From assembly GCA_902619665.1 (NCBI GenBank), contig CACNFB010000003.1:13527-77526 (forward strand): a stretch of DNA of 64,000 nt, in the 5' to 3' direction. Below the pieces are notes generated by a model that saw nothing but the letters and a program-made list of their open reading frames with translations, had not been told where the DNA came from and searched no databases. The stretch is from an uncultured Pelagibacteraceae bacterium (GTDB lineage Bacteria; Pseudomonadota; Alphaproteobacteria; Pelagibacterales; Pelagibacteraceae). Positions 34,059 to 44,775 of the stretch are shown piece after piece (positions within the stretch are counted from its first letter, which is position 1; each line of letters starts with the position of its first letter). A program made the translations under genes and the position numbers.

Positions 34059-35131
34059 TGGGATTCAAGTGCGGTATCGTTGGATTGCCAAATGTGGGTA
34101 AGTCAACTTTATTTAACGCTTTAACTAATTCATCAAAAGCACAGGCGGGTAACTTTCCATTTTGCACAATAGAACCTAACGTTGGCGTTGTTCCTGTTTT
34201 AGATAATAGATTAGACAAATTGTTTGAAATCTCTAAATCAAAAAAAAAAATTTATACAACTATAACTTTTCTTGATATTGCGGGTTTAGTGAAAGGTGCT
34301 TCGAAGGGAGAAGGGTTAGGTAACAAATTTTTATCACATATTAGAGAGGTTGATGCAATTGTTCATTTATTAAGATGTTTTGATTCTGATGATATCCAAA
34401 ATGTAAATAAGGACGTAAATCCTATAAGAGACTTAGAAATTATTGAGACAGAAATGAAGCTTGCAGACTTAGAGTCTATAGGAAAAAGAATAGATAAAAA
34501 AAATTTAAAAAAGATTACAGACGATGAGTTAAATATACTTAAAACAACTGAGGATTACATTAATAAAGACAAAGATTTAAATGACCTCAGAAATTTATTT
34601 GATTTAGATTTAATAAACAAATCTGGCTTACTGTCCTTAAAACCAAAGCTATATGTGTGTAATGTTGATGAAAAAAGTATTTTATCAGGGAATAAATATT
34701 CAGAAGAAGTTAAAAAAAATAAGAAAATTGATAATACAATTTTAGTCTCAGCAGAAATAGAAAATCAGATAAATCAACTAGAAAATAATGATAAGAAAAA
34801 TTTTATGGAGTTAATGAATATTGAAAAAACTGGTTTAAATTCTTTAATTGAAAAAGGATATAAACTGCTTGAACTTGAGACTTTTTTTACATCTGGGCCT
34901 GAGGAATCTAGAGCATGGACAGTTAAAAAAGATAGCACTGCTCCTGTCGCTGCAGGAAAAATTCACTCAGATTTTGAAAAAGGATTTATAAGAGCTGAGA
35001 CAATCTCTTTTGATGATTTTGTTAATAATAATGGTTGGCTTAACTGTAAAAACAACGGCAAAATGAGATTAGAGGGAAAAGATTATATAGTAAAAGATGG
35101 AGATATTTTAAACTTCCGTTTCAATACGTGA
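34058..35131 (+). CDS. ychF: Ribosome-binding ATPase YchF
   Basis: GIVGLPNVGKSTLFN, DIAGLVKGASKGEGLGNKFL and the TGS domain. Confidence 0.98.
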   Translation: MGFKCGIVGLPNVGKSTLFNALTNSSKAQAGNFPFCTIEPNVGVVPVLDNRLDKLFEISKSKKKIYTTITFLDIAGLVKGASKGEGLGNKFLSHIREVDAIVHLLRCFDSDDIQNVNKDVNPIRDLEIIETEMKLADLESIGKRIDKKNLKKITDDELNILKTTEDYINKDKDLNDLRNLFDLDLINKSGLLSLKPKLYVCNVDEKSILSGNKYSEEVKKNKKIDNTILVSAEIENQINQLENNDKKNFMELMNIEKTGLNSLIEKGYKLLELETFFTSGPEESRAWTVKKDSTAPVAAGKIHSDFEKGFIRAETISFDDFVNNNGWLNCKNNGKMRLEGKDYIVKDGDILNFRFNT

Positions 35132-35887
35132 CCAGATTTTTTTCATACTAAAGTAAACTAGTATGCTCAGTATAATAAGGTAAACTATTGCTCTAAAGCC
35201 TATTTTGTGTCTTTGTTCTAGATGAGGTTCTGCTGTCCACATTAAAAAACTTACTACATCTTTAGCCATTTGTTGTTCTGTAGCACTAGTGCCATCAGCA
35301 TATTCAACTAGACCTTCAGACAAAGGTGCTGGCATTTTAATTTTGTTTCCGTACATATATTTATTGTAGTGAACTCCATCATCTAATTTCATTCCCACTG
35401 GTGGGTCTTCATATCCTAGCAAGACTGAATAGACATAATCAGCCCCACCCTTTCTGGCTTTAACTAATACGGACATGTCTGGAGGATAAGCACCACCGTT
35501 TGCTGATTTAGCTTCTTCCTCATTTGCATAAGGCATTGCAAATTTATCGGATAATCTTGCAGGTCTCGTGAACATTTCTCCCTCTGGATTTGGTCCATCT
35601 AATATTTCAAAATTGGCAGCTATAGCTTTTGCCTCTTGTACTGAAAATTCCGGGCCACCCTCCTCTGAAAGATTTCTGTAAGACATATATTTTAATGAGT
35701 GACATGAAGCACATACTTCTTGATAAACCTGATAACCTCTTTGCAGGGATGCTCTATCAAACTTTCCAAATGGTCCTTTAAAAGTCCAATCAGTTGTCAA
35801 TAGTTTTTCAGCATTTTCCGCAGAATTAACTATGTTACCTGAAATTAAAAAAAAAATTAAAGAAAAATACTTAACAAATTTTAACAT
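35108..35887 (-). CDS. petC: Cytochrome c1
   Basis: QRGYQVYQEVCASCH heme motif, PPDMS and a C-terminal TM. Confidence 0.97.
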   Translation of the reverse strand: MLKFVKYFSLIFFLISGNIVNSAENAEKLLTTDWTFKGPFGKFDRASLQRGYQVYQEVCASCHSLKYMSYRNLSEEGGPEFSVQEAKAIAANFEILDGPNPEGEMFTRPARLSDKFAMPYANEEEAKSANGGAYPPDMSVLVKARKGGADYVYSVLLGYEDPPVGMKLDDGVHYNKYMYGNKIKMPAPLSEGLVEYADGTSATEQQMAKDVVSFLMWTAEPHLEQRHKIGFRAIVYLIILSILVYFSMKKIWSRIETEV

Positions 35888-37152
35888 TATAGCTTTTGAG
35901 AATTTTCTTTACTTCTGGCTGGTTCTGCATTTAAAGAGCCACCTAAAATAGGTTCGGATATACTCATCGGCAACGGCAGAGTTTTTTCAACTTTACCTAA
36001 TATCGGTAAAATTATTAAAAAGTGTGCAAAATAATAAGCAGTTCCAATTCTCGCGATTAATAAATATAAACCTTCAGCAGGCATTGCACCAACATAGCCT
36101 AAAATCAATACATCCAGTACTAGTATCCAATAAAATTGTTTGTAGAGCGGTCTGAAAACTGCAGATCTAATTTTTGACGTATCTAACCAGGGTAATGCCG
36201 CGAGAATTAAAATAGCCGACAACATTGCTATAACCCCCATAAGCTTATCTGGAATTGATCTTAAAATTGCATAAAAAGGTAAGAGGTACCATTCAGGAAC
36301 GATATGAGCTGGCGTTACCAATGGATTAGCTTCTATATAATTATCAGCATGACCTAGCACGTTAGGTGAGTAAAAAACAAAAAATGCAAATAATATTAGG
36401 AACAATAAAAGAGCAAATAAATCCTTAACAACTATATAAGGATGAAAAGAAACTGTATCTTTAGATGGTTTTTTTATATCAATTCCAATCGGATTGTTAT
36501 TTCCAGGAACATGCAAAGCCCAAATATGTAGAACTACTAAACCTAAAATTAAAAAAGGTATCAAATAATGTAATGTGAAAAATCTTGTTAAAGTTGGATT
36601 GTCTACAGAGTAACCGCCCCATAACCATGTAGTAATACTTTCACCTACTAAAGGAATTGCGCTGAACAAGTTAGTTATAACTGTAGCTCCCCAAAAACTC
36701 ATTTGCCCCCATGGTAAAACATATCCCATGAAAGCAGCTGCCATCATTAGTAAATAAATCATAATTCCTAAAATCCAAATAATTTCTCTTGGTGATTTAT
36801 ACGACCCGTAAAATAAAGACCTGAATATGTGTATATAAACTGCAAGAAAGAACATTGACGCTCCATTTGCATGGATGTATCTTATTAGCCAACCATAGTT
36901 AACGTCTCTCATTATATGTTCAACACTGCTAAAAGCTAAATCTGCATGAGCGATATAGTGCATAGCTAAAACTAAGCCGGTAATAATTTGAGTTATAAGG
37001 CAAAAAGTTAAAATACCACCAAATGTCCACCAGTAATTTAAATTTTTTGGAGTCGGATAATCTGTTAAATGGTTTGCTAATGTTAACAAAGGCAGTCTGT
37101 CATTAAACCATTTTCCAAATTTTGATTTAGGTTGATAATTATGTTCACTCAT
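35887..37152 (-). CDS. petB: Cytochrome b
   Basis: [21 protein letters not shown] and PEWY. Confidence 0.99.
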   Translation of the reverse strand: MSEHNYQPKSKFGKWFNDRLPLLTLANHLTDYPTPKNLNYWWTFGGILTFCLITQIITGLVLAMHYIAHADLAFSSVEHIMRDVNYGWLIRYIHANGASMFFLAVYIHIFRSLFYGSYKSPREIIWILGIMIYLLMMAAAFMGYVLPWGQMSFWGATVITNLFSAIPLVGESITTWLWGGYSVDNPTLTRFFTLHYLIPFLILGLVVLHIWALHVPGNNNPIGIDIKKPSKDTVSFHPYIVVKDLFALLLFLILFAFFVFYSPNVLGHADNYIEANPLVTPAHIVPEWYLLPFYAILRSIPDKLMGVIAMLSAILILAALPWLDTSKIRSAVFRPLYKQFYWILVLDVLILGYVGAMPAEGLYLLIARIGTAYYFAHFLIILPILGKVEKTLPLPMSISEPILGGSLNAEPARSKENSQKL

Positions 37153-37157
37153 ATTTT

Positions 37158-37670
37158 TTATCCAATTTTAATTGTATTACTGTTGACGAATTCGTATTTA
37201 GGTATCTCTAAATTAGTTGGAGCTGGACCTTTTCTAATTCTACCTGAAGTATCATAGTGGGAGCCATGGCAAGGACAAAACCAGCCATTATAATCTCCTT
37301 TATCTGCAAGAGGCACACATCCAAGATGAGTACATACTCCAAGCATAACAAGCCATTCGGGGTTTGATGCTCTATCTTCATCTTTCTCTGGATGTTTTAG
37401 CTCAGTTAAACTCACTGCTTTTGCCTCAGTAATTTCGTTCTCTGTTCTTCTTTTAATAAATACAGGTTTGCCTCTCCACAGTACAGTTATTGATTGACCA
37501 GGTTTAACCAAACTTACATCAACTTCAGTTGTGGCTAATGCCTTAACAGAGGCATCAGGATTCATTTGATCTATCAGAGGCCAAGCGGCCGCACCGACAC
37601 CAACTACACCGACTACTGTTGAGGCTGTATAAATAAAGTCTCTTCGATTAACTTTTTTTTGATCTGACAT
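37158..37670 (-). CDS. petA: Rieske Fe-S subunit of the bc1 complex
   Basis: Tat RRDF, CTHLGC and CPCHGS. Confidence 0.99.
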   Translation of the reverse strand: MSDQKKVNRRDFIYTASTVVGVVGVGAAAWPLIDQMNPDASVKALATTEVDVSLVKPGQSITVLWRGKPVFIKRRTENEITEAKAVSLTELKHPEKDEDRASNPEWLVMLGVCTHLGCVPLADKGDYNGWFCPCHGSHYDTSGRIRKGPAPTNLEIPKYEFVNSNTIKIG

Positions 37671-37738
37671 TCTAATTATTAAATATACCTAATATATGAA
37701 TTCATATAATATAAAAGTTAAATATATCCATAGTAAGA

Positions 37739-38209
37739 ATGACACATAAAGAACCAAAATTTGTACCTAAAATTGCACTTTATCAGCCAGATATACCGCA
37801 AAATACCGCATCAATTATTAGGACCTGCTCTTGTTTAGGAATAATGCTTGAAATTATTGAGCCATGCGGGTTTATCATTAATGATCGAAAATTCAAAAGA
37901 GTTGTGATGGATTATTATGAAGCTAAAAATATTCAATTTTACAAAAGTCCAGAGGACTTTTTTATTAGTAAAAGAGATACAAGAATAATTTTAATGACAA
38001 CTAAGTCAAAAAAATCATATAAAGAATTTCTGTTTAAAAAAAATGATACTGTGTTATTTGGTAGAGAAAGCTCAGGTGTACCAACTAGTGTACACAAAAA
38101 AGTAAGTCATAGATTAACTATTCCCATGATGAATAAAAAAAGATCACTAAATTTGTCATCATCAGTATCAATTGTAGTTTCAAAAATTCTAAATCAATCT
38201 AATTTTTAA
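37739..38209 (+). CDS. trmL: tRNA (cytidine/uridine-34-2'-O)-methyltransferase TrmL
   Basis: PDIPQNT, LFGRESSG and IPM....RSLNLS SPOUT motifs. Confidence 0.9.
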   Translation: MTHKEPKFVPKIALYQPDIPQNTASIIRTCSCLGIMLEIIEPCGFIINDRKFKRVVMDYYEAKNIQFYKSPEDFFISKRDTRIILMTTKSKKSYKEFLFKKNDTVLFGRESSGVPTSVHKKVSHRLTIPMMNKKRSLNLSSSVSIVVSKILNQSNF

Positions 38210-39036
38210 TGGATAAAGATATAAAAAAAAAATTAACAAGGAATTGGTTTATAAACCTGCAAGAGATGATCTGTAATACGATACAGCAAATTGAAGGTAA
38301 AAAAATAAAATTTTTAAAGAAGAATTGGAAAAGAAGTATAAAAAAGGATGAAGGAGGTGGCTGTTATTATATTCTTGAAAATGGCAAAGTATTTGACAAA
38401 GTTGGTGTCAACTTTTCAGAAGTTTATGGAAAACTTACTAAAGAATTTAAAAAGAAAATTCCTGGTACAAAAAATAATAGAGATTTTTGGGCATCTGGCG
38501 TATCCGTGGTAATGCATATGAAAAATCCTCATGTACCAGCTATGCATTTTAATACCAGATATATTTATACTAATCACGGTTGGTTTGGGGGAGGAATGGA
38601 TGTTACTCCATGCTTTAATGATTCAACTGTTAAAAAACTATTATTTAAAAAATTAAAAAAAATATGTGATAGGCACGACAAAAAATATTTTAAAAAATAT
38701 AAGAAATGGTGTGATGAATATTTTTATTTATCTCACCGAAAAGAACCGAGAGGAATTGGTGGAATTTTTTTTGATTATAAAAAAAAAGATTGGGAAAAAG
38801 ATTTTAGATTTGTAAGGGATCTAGGAATAAATTTTATTCAAATCTTTAATCAAATTATTAGTCTTAGAAAAAGTAAAAAATGGAACTTGAAACAAAAAGA
38901 TATTCAATATTTAAAAAGAGGTAGATATGTGGAATTCAATTTATTGTATGACAGAGGCACAAAATTTGGTTTACAAACTGGTGGCAATATAGAGGCTATA
39001 CTAATGTCACTACCTCCTTTAGCAAAATGGAAATAA
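38209..39036 (+). CDS. hemF: Oxygen-dependent coproporphyrinogen III oxidase
   Basis: HMKNPHVPAMHFNTRY, WFGGG, RGIGGIFFD and RGRYVEFNLLYDRGTKFGL. Confidence 0.97.
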   Translation: MDKDIKKKLTRNWFINLQEMICNTIQQIEGKKIKFLKKNWKRSIKKDEGGGCYYILENGKVFDKVGVNFSEVYGKLTKEFKKKIPGTKNNRDFWASGVSVVMHMKNPHVPAMHFNTRYIYTNHGWFGGGMDVTPCFNDSTVKKLLFKKLKKICDRHDKKYFKKYKKWCDEYFYLSHRKEPRGIGGIFFDYKKKDWEKDFRFVRDLGINFIQIFNQIISLRKSKKWNLKQKDIQYLKRGRYVEFNLLYDRGTKFGLQTGGNIEAILMSLPPLAKWK

Positions 39037-39039
39037 AAT

Positions 39040-39519
39040 ATGAGTAACAAAGAACCAATTACAGTAGAGGGATTAAAAAAATTATCAGAAGAACTTGTCT
39101 TTTTAAAAGAAAAAAAAAGACCTGAAATAGTAAATGCTATTTCAGAGGCTAGGTCACACGGAGATTTAAAAGAAAACGCTGAGTATCATGCCGCAAAAGA
39201 ACAGCAATCTTTAAATGAGGGAAGAATCCAAGAAGTAGAAGATACTATCGCAAGAGCAAATGTAATAGATGTAACTAAACTTGAAAATGATGGTAAGGTA
39301 ATCTTTGGTGCAACTGTTTCTCTTCAAGATTTAGATAGTAATGAAAAAATTAAATATAAACTTGTTGGTAAAGATGAAGCAGATATTAAAAAAAAATTTA
39401 TATTTTATCAGTCTCCTATTGGTAAAGGTCTGATTGGAAAAAATAATGGTGACTTCGTAGAAATTAATACTCCATCTGGTAAAAAAAATTTTGAAATTAT
39501 TAAGGTAGACTATGTTTAA
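39040..39519 (+). CDS. greA: Transcription elongation factor GreA
   Basis: [18 protein letters not shown] and SPIGKGL. Confidence 0.98.
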   Translation: MSNKEPITVEGLKKLSEELVFLKEKKRPEIVNAISEARSHGDLKENAEYHAAKEQQSLNEGRIQEVEDTIARANVIDVTKLENDGKVIFGATVSLQDLDSNEKIKYKLVGKDEADIKKKFIFYQSPIGKGLIGKNNGDFVEINTPSGKKNFEIIKVDYV

Positions 39520-40781
39520 TTTCTTAAAATACTATCAACTTTTTCATCAGCTAATTTAAAATTATTACTGAGCCATGCAGTTTCTAATTGTTTGAGTTTA
39601 TCACCTAATAGCTTACCATCTTTATAATTATATTTTTCCTTTAAAAATTTAGCGTTAAAAGGAAAAACTGGCGTTTTCTCCATTTCATAAAATGTAATTA
39701 ACTCATTAATATTATGAATATTTTTAGATTTGAGAATATGAAATTTGATAAGGTCAATTATTTTATCTTTACCATGTTTATAAAGGAGTATTTTTAAATT
39801 TTTCTTTTCAAAAAATTTCTTATTGAAATCTTGATAAGTATTTTTCAAAAATAATATTCTATCTTTTTCATCTTTAGATATATTAAATTTATGCACAAAA
39901 TAATCCGCATTATCAGTTTCATCGATTATTAAAAGGCTTATTAAAAAAGTAAAATCATTTTCTTTAAAGAGATTTTCTTTACTCCTCTTTTTGATATTTT
40001 TAATTACATCAAAATTGCTAATTTGAGGAAAAATTAATTGTATTATTTCTCTTGAAAACTGATCTTTGGGTATTTTAAAAAAACCTTTAGATAGAATTAT
40101 TTTTTTTAACTCACTAATCAACCTGTCGCCTGATATTATATTTATACCACTAATATTTTGTTTGATTATTTTTTTAATTTCCTCGGAATGATTGTTTTTT
40201 GAATAGATTAGGAAAAACCTAATATATCTTAAAATTCTCAAATAATCTTCTTTAATTCTGGTTGCAGGATTTCCAATAAATTTAATCCATCCATTTAAAA
40301 GATCTTTTTTTCCATTAAATGGATCAAACAATTCTCCGTTTAAATTTGAATAAATTGAATTAAATGTGAAATCTCTTCTTTTTGCATCTTCTTTCCAATT
40401 CTTGCAATATTGAACCTCCGCAAACCTTCCATCTGTTTTCACATCTTTTCTCAAAGAGGTTATTTCGAATTTTTTCTTTTCTATAATTGCTGTTATCGTT
40501 CCGTATTTTTTTCCAACATCTATATGTTTGATATTATTTTTATTTAAACAATTCACAACCTCATCTGGATTAAGGTTGGTTGCTAGATCAATATCCTCTA
40601 TCTTCTCACCCAATATATTTTGTCTAACACATCCTCCAACAAAAAGTATTTCACTTTCTGCTGAGTGGTCGTTAATTGAATTAAAAATTTTTTTTATCTT
40701 TGGATCGTTTTTTAAATTTTGTAATCTATTTGGAGAATTAATATTACTCTTGGTAAAAATTTTTAAAAACTTTTTTATCAT
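39516..40781 (-). CDS. cca: CCA-adding tRNA nucleotidyltransferase (class II)
   Basis: [28 protein letters not shown] and EDYLRILR. Confidence 0.92.
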   Translation of the reverse strand: MIKKFLKIFTKSNINSPNRLQNLKNDPKIKKIFNSINDHSAESEILFVGGCVRQNILGEKIEDIDLATNLNPDEVVNCLNKNNIKHIDVGKKYGTITAIIEKKKFEITSLRKDVKTDGRFAEVQYCKNWKEDAKRRDFTFNSIYSNLNGELFDPFNGKKDLLNGWIKFIGNPATRIKEDYLRILRYIRFFLIYSKNNHSEEIKKIIKQNISGINIISGDRLISELKKIILSKGFFKIPKDQFSREIIQLIFPQISNFDVIKNIKKRSKENLFKENDFTFLISLLIIDETDNADYFVHKFNISKDEKDRILFLKNTYQDFNKKFFEKKNLKILLYKHGKDKIIDLIKFHILKSKNIHNINELITFYEMEKTPVFPFNAKFLKEKYNYKDGKLLGDKLKQLETAWLSNNFKLADEKVDSILRN

Positions 40782-40785
40782 AAAA

Positions 40786-40860
40786 TGGCTGGGGCGCTAG
40801 GATTCGAACCTAGGAATGGCGGTACCAAAAACCGCTGCCTTACCACTTGGCTACGCCCCA
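40786..40860 (-). tRNA. tRNA-Gln(UUG), CCA encoded
   Basis: TGGGGCGTAGCCAAGTGGTAAGGCAGCGGTTTTTGGTACCGCCATTCCTAGGTTCGAATCCTAGCGCCCCAGCCA; cloverleaf with TTG anticodon. Confidence 0.97.
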
Positions 40861-40893
40861 AAGTCAATTTCTTATAACATAAAGTTTTAATAT

Positions 40894-41724
40894 TTATATA
40901 GTTTTAGATAAAACAGACCAATATTTTGGGTAATTTTTTCTAAACTTTTTAAAACTATTTATAATAGAGTTTCTTGATTTAGAATAGGCGACAAAACATG
41001 ACCCCGATCCTGTCATTTTAACAAAATTTATCCCAGGCTGATTTTCAAGAAATTCAATAGGTTTTTTTAACTCTGGATATTTTTTTATTACGATATCTTG
41101 TAAATCATTTTTCAGACTGCCCAAATTATTGAATTTGTTTTTAATGTTTTTTAGTGGTTTTGAGTATTTTTTTACTTTGGAAAAAATATACTTTGTTGAA
41201 CAACCATATTTTGGCATAAATAACAATAAAAAATATTTTGTCTTTTTGTTCAATATTTTTACAGAATTATTACCATCTAAATACATAATATTTTTAAAAA
41301 ATCCCAGTTTCACATCCTGTCCAATTGAGTCATTTATATTTTGTAATTTTTTTTTATTAATTTTAATAATTTTATTTTTTATGAAAATTTTAATTAAAGT
41401 AGCAGCATTCATAGATCCACCGCCCATTCCTGACTTAACAGGTATATTTTTTTTTACCATAACAAGATACTTTTTTTTCAGTAATTTTTTTTTGTCTAAA
41501 ACAGATAAAGTTTTATAGATTGTATTACGACTAGTAATTTTTTTTGAAAATTTACCTTTAAACAATATCTTATGTTTACGACTGCCTATCTGTCTTAGAC
41601 TAATTTCATCATAAAGTGAAATCAGTGATACTATACTCTGTAATTTATGTAAATTTTTTGTTTTTCCTACAACATTTAAATTTAAATTTATTTTTGCATA
41701 AGACTTTTGTGATATCGTATTCAT
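40894..41724 (-). CDS. ispE: 4-diphosphocytidyl-2-C-methyl-D-erythritol kinase
   Basis: AKINLNL, KNIPVKSGMGGGS, GQDV, NDL and MTGSGS. Confidence 0.9.
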   Translation of the reverse strand: MNTISQKSYAKINLNLNVVGKTKNLHKLQSIVSLISLYDEISLRQIGSRKHKILFKGKFSKKITSRNTIYKTLSVLDKKKLLKKKYLVMVKKNIPVKSGMGGGSMNAATLIKIFIKNKIIKINKKKLQNINDSIGQDVKLGFFKNIMYLDGNNSVKILNKKTKYFLLLFMPKYGCSTKYIFSKVKKYSKPLKNIKNKFNNLGSLKNDLQDIVIKKYPELKKPIEFLENQPGINFVKMTGSGSCFVAYSKSRNSIINSFKKFRKNYPKYWSVLSKTI

Positions 41725-41746
41725 AGAAACAGTTTAATTAGTAAAA

Positions 41747-43414
41747 TTATAGTCCAAAAACTAATTTTTTTTCAATTTCTTTTTTTAACTTTTCTTCGGT
41801 ATCTTCTAATTTTAAAACTCCATTCCAAAAATATCTTGCCTGCACTTTTTTGTTAAGTCTCCATAATACATCACCGTAATGATCATTAACTATTGGATCG
41901 TAAGGCATAAGTTTTACAGCTTTTTCTAGATATTTTTTTGCGTTAACAAAGTCTTCGATTAAATAATAGGCCCATCCAATTGAGTCGGTAATGTAAGGGT
42001 CATTTTCTCTTAAACTATAAGCTTCCTTTAGCATATCCATTGCTTCAGGAATTTTGTAAGATCTCTCTAACCAGCTGTATCCAAGATAATTTAAGACATA
42101 TGGTTCATCTGGATCTATTTTAAGAGACTCTATTAAATCTTCATCAGCTTTTAAAAAATCTTTTTTTCTTTCGTAACTAGTTCCTCTTTTATATAAAAGA
42201 TCTGCATATTCCTCTGCACTATAATTTGGGTATCTTATTAAATTTGAATAAATTTCTATTGCTCCCTCATAGTCTTGAAAATTTCTCAATATGTTTGCCA
42301 TATCAAATAAAATCTTGTTTGATGGGTTTTGAATTTTTTCGTATTCTTTTTTGATAAATTTTAGAGCAGTATCGTCATTTTTAGTCTCTTGGATAATTGA
42401 TGCATTTTTCTTCACTTTAAACCAGTTATATATAACGTTATCTTTTTCAATGTTACTTAGTTCATTTTTTACTAATTTATATTTTTTAGTATCCATGTAG
42501 TTTTCAATTAGTAATGTTGAATTAAGCGTAAAATTTGGGTTAAGATATTTTGCTAAGATAATATAAAAATTTGATTCTTTATATAAACCTTGTGATGAAT
42601 AAAGATTAGCGATTAAATAAAAAAACTCTGCAATAATATCTTTCTCATTTTTGCATGAAAATAAATTATCTAATTTATTATAATTTTTTTCTTCAATCCA
42701 TTTTACTGATTGAGCAATTAACAATGGTTTATTAAGTTGATTAATATTTTGTAAAACCTGGTCTATTTTTTTAATTTTATTTTGTTCAACTAAATAATCT
42801 AAATAAAAATATATATATCTAGAGCTGCTTCCATCATATTCTATAAATTCTTCAAATCTTTTAGTTGTATTTTTTAAGTCAAAATAACAGCTTAAAAAAG
42901 CTAGACTAATGTCGTCTAATTCTGCAAAATCATTGTTTTTATAACTTTCAATATTATTATTTTTAAAAACTTCTAAATAGTTTTTTAAAACTTTTGACAA
43001 AATAATATGGTATCTATCATCAGGATCAATTAAACTTTCTATTTTTTCTAAATTTAAGCTGCTTTTTTCAAAATTTTTTTTTATTATATTATCTGCTAAA
43101 AGAATCACTTCTCTCTCTAAAAAAGAATAATTATTTTGTGAATACTTGATTTTCTTAATAGCCAAATCAACTTTTTCATTTGCAACCAGTGATTTTATAT
43201 AATTTTTGAAATGTTCTTCGTGTCTGTCATTTAAGATCTTTGAATTTTCCAAGAATTTTAAGGAGTTTTTTGCATCATTATTATTGATAGAAAGCACTGC
43301 TGAAAAATAGTTAGATAAATTTTTTTCATCAAACTTATTCACATCACTTACTTTAGAAAACGATGAAGTTTGATATATTAAAAAAATAACAAGAAAATAA
43401 ATGTATTTGTGCAT
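41747..43414 (-). CDS. Exported tetratricopeptide-repeat protein
   Basis: Signal peptide; C-terminal TPRs LNYLGYSW, DSIGWAYY and DHYGDVLW; conserved neighbour of ispE. Confidence 0.85.
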   Translation of the reverse strand: MHKYIYFLVIFLIYQTSSFSKVSDVNKFDEKNLSNYFSAVLSINNNDAKNSLKFLENSKILNDRHEEHFKNYIKSLVANEKVDLAIKKIKYSQNNYSFLEREVILLADNIIKKNFEKSSLNLEKIESLIDPDDRYHIILSKVLKNYLEVFKNNNIESYKNNDFAELDDISLAFLSCYFDLKNTTKRFEEFIEYDGSSSRYIYFYLDYLVEQNKIKKIDQVLQNINQLNKPLLIAQSVKWIEEKNYNKLDNLFSCKNEKDIIAEFFYLIANLYSSQGLYKESNFYIILAKYLNPNFTLNSTLLIENYMDTKKYKLVKNELSNIEKDNVIYNWFKVKKNASIIQETKNDDTALKFIKKEYEKIQNPSNKILFDMANILRNFQDYEGAIEIYSNLIRYPNYSAEEYADLLYKRGTSYERKKDFLKADEDLIESLKIDPDEPYVLNYLGYSWLERSYKIPEAMDMLKEAYSLRENDPYITDSIGWAYYLIEDFVNAKKYLEKAVKLMPYDPIVNDHYGDVLWRLNKKVQARYFWNGVLKLEDTEEKLKKEIEKKLVFGL

Positions 43415-43425
43415 ACATCAAACAT

Positions 43426-44121
43426 ATGTCTAAAAATAATTTAAATCAAAGAAATAAAATAGAAGATTTTTTATTTAAATCTAAGTTTGATTACGAAAAT
43501 CAACCAATTAATAGATTAAAAAAAGTTGAAATAATTCAAAATAAACAAGAGTTGTTAAAAAAACTAAAACTAAAGATTGAAAATTTGAAAGATTGTGAAC
43601 TAAAAAATAATGCTAACAAAATTGTATTTAGTGATGGTAACGAAGATAGTTCAGTAATGATTATAGGTGAAGGACCAGGTCAAAAAGAAGATGAGCTAGG
43701 TAAACCGTTTGTGGGTGATGCGGGTATATTATTAAATAAAATGCTTGCAGCAATTAATTTAGACAGGAAAGATATTTATATTACAAATGTTGTTAATTAC
43801 AGACCTCCTTCAAACAGAAAACCTGAAATTAAAGAAATTAAAAGATATTCTGAATATTTATACGAACACGTTGAGATTATTAATCCAAAAATGATTATTC
43901 TACTTGGTAGTACAGCTATGGAAGCTTTTTTTGGATCAAATTTAAAAATATCAAAAGAAAGAGGTATTTGGAAAGAAATACTTATCAAAAATAAAACCTT
44001 TTTGACAATGATAACTTTTCATCCAGCATATTTACTAAGACAAGCTGATCAAAAAAAATATTCTTGGTTAGATTTAAAAGAAATAAGAAAGAAAATTGAT
44101 GAACTTAAAATCGATATTTAA
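43426..44121 (+). CDS. Uracil-DNA glycosylase, family 4
   Basis: GEGPG..E, PFVG.AG, YITN, RPP.NR and TFHPAY motifs. Confidence 0.92.
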   Translation: MSKNNLNQRNKIEDFLFKSKFDYENQPINRLKKVEIIQNKQELLKKLKLKIENLKDCELKNNANKIVFSDGNEDSSVMIIGEGPGQKEDELGKPFVGDAGILLNKMLAAINLDRKDIYITNVVNYRPPSNRKPEIKEIKRYSEYLYEHVEIINPKMIILLGSTAMEAFFGSNLKISKERGIWKEILIKNKTFLTMITFHPAYLLRQADQKKYSWLDLKEIRKKIDELKIDI

Positions 44122-44695
44122 AGGTATTCAAAATATTGCTGGCGTAGATGAAGTTGGTAGAGGTAGTTTAATAGGACCAGTTTATGCATCTGCGGTTATA
44201 TTAAAAAAAAACTGCGATGTTAAAAAATTGAAAGACTCAAAAAAATTAACAAAAAAAGAGCGTGAAGATTTAAACAAATATATAAAAAAAAATTCGTACT
44301 GGTCTATCGGGACTGCATCGAAAGAAGAGATAGAGAAACTAAACATTCTAAATGCCTCTTTGTTAGCTATGAAAAGAGCTATAAAAAAATTAAAAAAAAA
44401 ACCTCATTTGGTTTTAGTTGATGGTAACAGAATTCCGGTAATGAAAAATTATAATCTAAAATATGTAATTAAGGGTGATCAAAAAATACCTCAAATCTCA
44501 GCAGCTTCAATTGTTGCTAAAGTTTCTAGGGACAGTTTGATGAAAAAAATATCAAAGAATTTTTCAAAATATCAATGGAATAAAAATTGTGGATATGGAA
44601 CAAAAGTTCATATTCAAGCAATTCGGAAGTTCGGTATCACAAAGTATCATAGAAGAACTTTCAAGCCTATACACAATATATTGAGTCCAAGATAA
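44099..44695 (+). CDS. rnhB: Ribonuclease HII
   Basis: AGVDEVGRG, DSKKL, VDGN, KGD and AASIVAKVSRD. Confidence 0.96.
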   Translation: MNLKSIFKGIQNIAGVDEVGRGSLIGPVYASAVILKKNCDVKKLKDSKKLTKKEREDLNKYIKKNSYWSIGTASKEEIEKLNILNASLLAMKRAIKKLKKKPHLVLVDGNRIPVMKNYNLKYVIKGDQKIPQISAASIVAKVSRDSLMKKISKNFSKYQWNKNCGYGTKVHIQAIRKFGITKYHRRTFKPIHNILSPR

Positions 44696-44733
44696 TAATA
44701 GACACAATTAATTCAAAATAATTCAATCATGAG

Positions 44734-44762
44734 TTGACGTAGAGTCATGCCTAGAGTCTAAT
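44734..44762 (+). promoter_or_regulatory. Putative sigma70 promoter of ccrM containing two GANTC sites
   Basis: TTGACG (44734-44739), N17, TCTAAT (44757-44762); GAGTC at 44742-44746 and 44754-44758. Confidence 0.65.
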
Positions 44763-44775
44763 TATCTTTTTAAAA

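Noticed and set aside
35108-35131. Convergent 3' overlaps (ychF/petC 24 nt; also envZ/ubiK-like, trxB/aspC, greA/cca, rnhA/prx)
   Set aside because: Common consequence of genome streamlining; no further signal seen
40786-40893. tRNA-Gln as a possible integration site
   Set aside because: No integrase, no duplicated tRNA 3' end, and core genes on both sides
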